From positions 95 through 64,094 of the forward strand of contig DASURL010000147.1 in NCBI GenBank assembly GCA_036280075.1: a stretch of DNA of 64,000 nucleotides, given 5' to 3'. This document shows, piece after piece, positions 63,017-64,000 of this stretch; within the stretch, counting starts at the first letter, position 1; the number at the start of each line of letters is the position of its first letter. This DNA comes from Gemmatimonadaceae bacterium. Lineage in GTDB: Bacteria > Gemmatimonadota > Gemmatimonadetes > Gemmatimonadales > Gemmatimonadaceae. Position numbers and translations under genes: made by a program. A model generated the notes under the pieces. The model was not told the origin of the DNA, did not search any database, and worked only from the letters and a program-made list of their open reading frames with translations.

Positions 63017-64000
63017 ATGCCAATTCGTCGTCGCCGCTGGACCGTGATGTCCCTGCTGGGTCTCGTCGTCGCCTGTCACGACGGCGTGACCCCGCCCGAC
63101 AGCGGGATCGATGTCGGCGAGTCGTTCGCGGTCACGGGCGCGCAGCGCGTCAAGCTCGAGCCCGGGGAGCGCGGCGGCGACTACGTGGCCGTGCTCGTCA
63201 ACACCTCCACCACCGCCGGGGCGGAGGAGAGCTATTCGCTGCGCGCCAGCGGCGTCCTCAATCCGGCCGTGGCTGCACTGGTCCCCGCGTCTGCGGCGCG
63301 TGCCACGCGTGCGCAGGTGCCCGTCGCGCCAACTCGCGACGTCGCCTTCGAGAGCCGGCTGCGCGACCGCGAGCGTGCCGGGCTGACGCCGCGCATCGCC
63401 GCCGCCCGGCAGGTGATGCAGGCGCGGAGATCCGCGTCCGCCACCGGCGCAGCGCCTGAGCCGCGGCGTTCCGCGCTCCCCGCCACCGTGAAGCTGGGGG
63501 ATATGGTGACGGTGAACGTGAACGGGACGCAGAACTGCACGAACGCCATCTATCACCGCGCGCGCGTGGCGGCCATCAGCACGCATGCCATCGTCCTCGC
63601 CGATTCCCTCAACCCCACCGGCGGCTTCACCGATGCCGACTACGCCCGCTACGCGGCACGCTTCGATTCGCTAGTGTATCCGCTCGACGTCGGCGCCTTC
63701 GGCGCGCCGACGGACATCGACGGGAATGGGCGGATCGGCCTGATCTTCACCCTCGAGGTGAACCGGCTCACCCCCACGGGCAGCCCGATGTACATCGGTG
63801 GGTTCACCTTCTCGCGGGACCTGTTTCCCGTGACGCAATCCAGCCGCGCCGAGGCGTGCCCGACGAGCAACGAGGGGGAGTTCTTCTACCTGATGACGCC
63901 CGATCCCCTGGGCCTCGTGAACGGCAATCGGCGCACGGCCGGGTTCGTGGACACGAACACCACGGCAGTGATCGCCCACGAGTTCCAGCACCTCATCAAC
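63017..64000 (+). CDS. Partial CDS (runs off the window): secreted lipoprotein with an HExxH zinc-metallopeptidase motif
   Basis: Hand translation from ATG 63017 is open for 328 codons to the window end, and it is not in the ORF track. MPIRRRRWTVMSLLGLVVAC lipobox. It ends ...TAVIAHEFQHLIN (HExxH). Confidence 0.65.
   Translation, partial: MPIRRRRWTVMSLLGLVVACHDGVTPPDSGIDVGESFAVTGAQRVKLEPGERGGDYVAVLVNTSTTAGAEESYSLRASGVLNPAVAALVPASAARATRAQVPVAPTRDVAFESRLRDRERAGLTPRIAAARQVMQARRSASATGAAPEPRRSALPATVKLGDMVTVNVNGTQNCTNAIYHRARVAAISTHAIVLADSLNPTGGFTDADYARYAARFDSLVYPLDVGAFGAPTDIDGNGRIGLIFTLEVNRLTPTGSPMYIGGFTFSRDLFPVTQSSRAEACPTSNEGEFFYLMTPDPLGLVNGNRRTAGFVDTNTTAVIAHEFQHLIN

Overview
Very GC-rich bacterial chromosomal segment (roughly 70% GC by eye). 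The protein content has a Gemmatimonadota-like flavour, which I cannot verify without a search. It is densely coded: I support about 60 CDS, many joined by ATGA or GTGA start/stop overlaps. I see no rRNA, tRNA, CRISPR array, transposase, integrase or phage genes. Most long ORFs in the six-frame track are antisense or out-of-frame shadows typical of high-GC DNA. In order: an ECF41/SigJ-type sigma factor divergent from an AhpD/CMD gene, with two mirror-image ECF41-type promoters. A NOX-like ferric-reductase flavocytochrome and a His-rich outer-membrane barrel. An AsnB-like enzyme lacking the catalytic Cys, and a Zn-ADH. A compact sulfur locus (split YeeE/YedE, TsdA-like dihaem cytochrome, SorAB-like sulfite dehydrogenase). 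A GH1-like gene coupled to an SDR, an amino-acid ABC system and a HlyD/ABC-2 exporter. Then the most striking feature, a 15.4-kb, 13-gene minus-strand operon (35542->20098): korA-korB-unknown-rnfB-giant PFOR-rnfCDGEA-small Cys-rich membrane ORF-apbE-Cys-rich protein. Here an Rnf complex is interleaved with two 2-oxoacid:ferredoxin oxidoreductases, and the PFOR (1648 aa) carries a C-terminal ferredoxin-like domain. After that: an orphan PAS histidine kinase, a copA-csoR-dinB operon with CsoR-type operators, and a marR-yceI operon with two copies of a palindromic operator. A secreted trio follows (retropepsin-like protein, YVTN beta-propeller, multidomain LTD nuclease). Then DUF2249, galK-galT divergent from galM, DUF4142, sodC, a HIBADH-like dehydrogenase, an M15/LAS-like peptidase, macA-macB-tolC, Yip1, and a partial HExxH lipoprotein running off the window end. 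Several intergenic palindromic or repeated elements are not explained by the genes. Novelty cannot be established without database searches, so every novelty statement here is a hypothesis.
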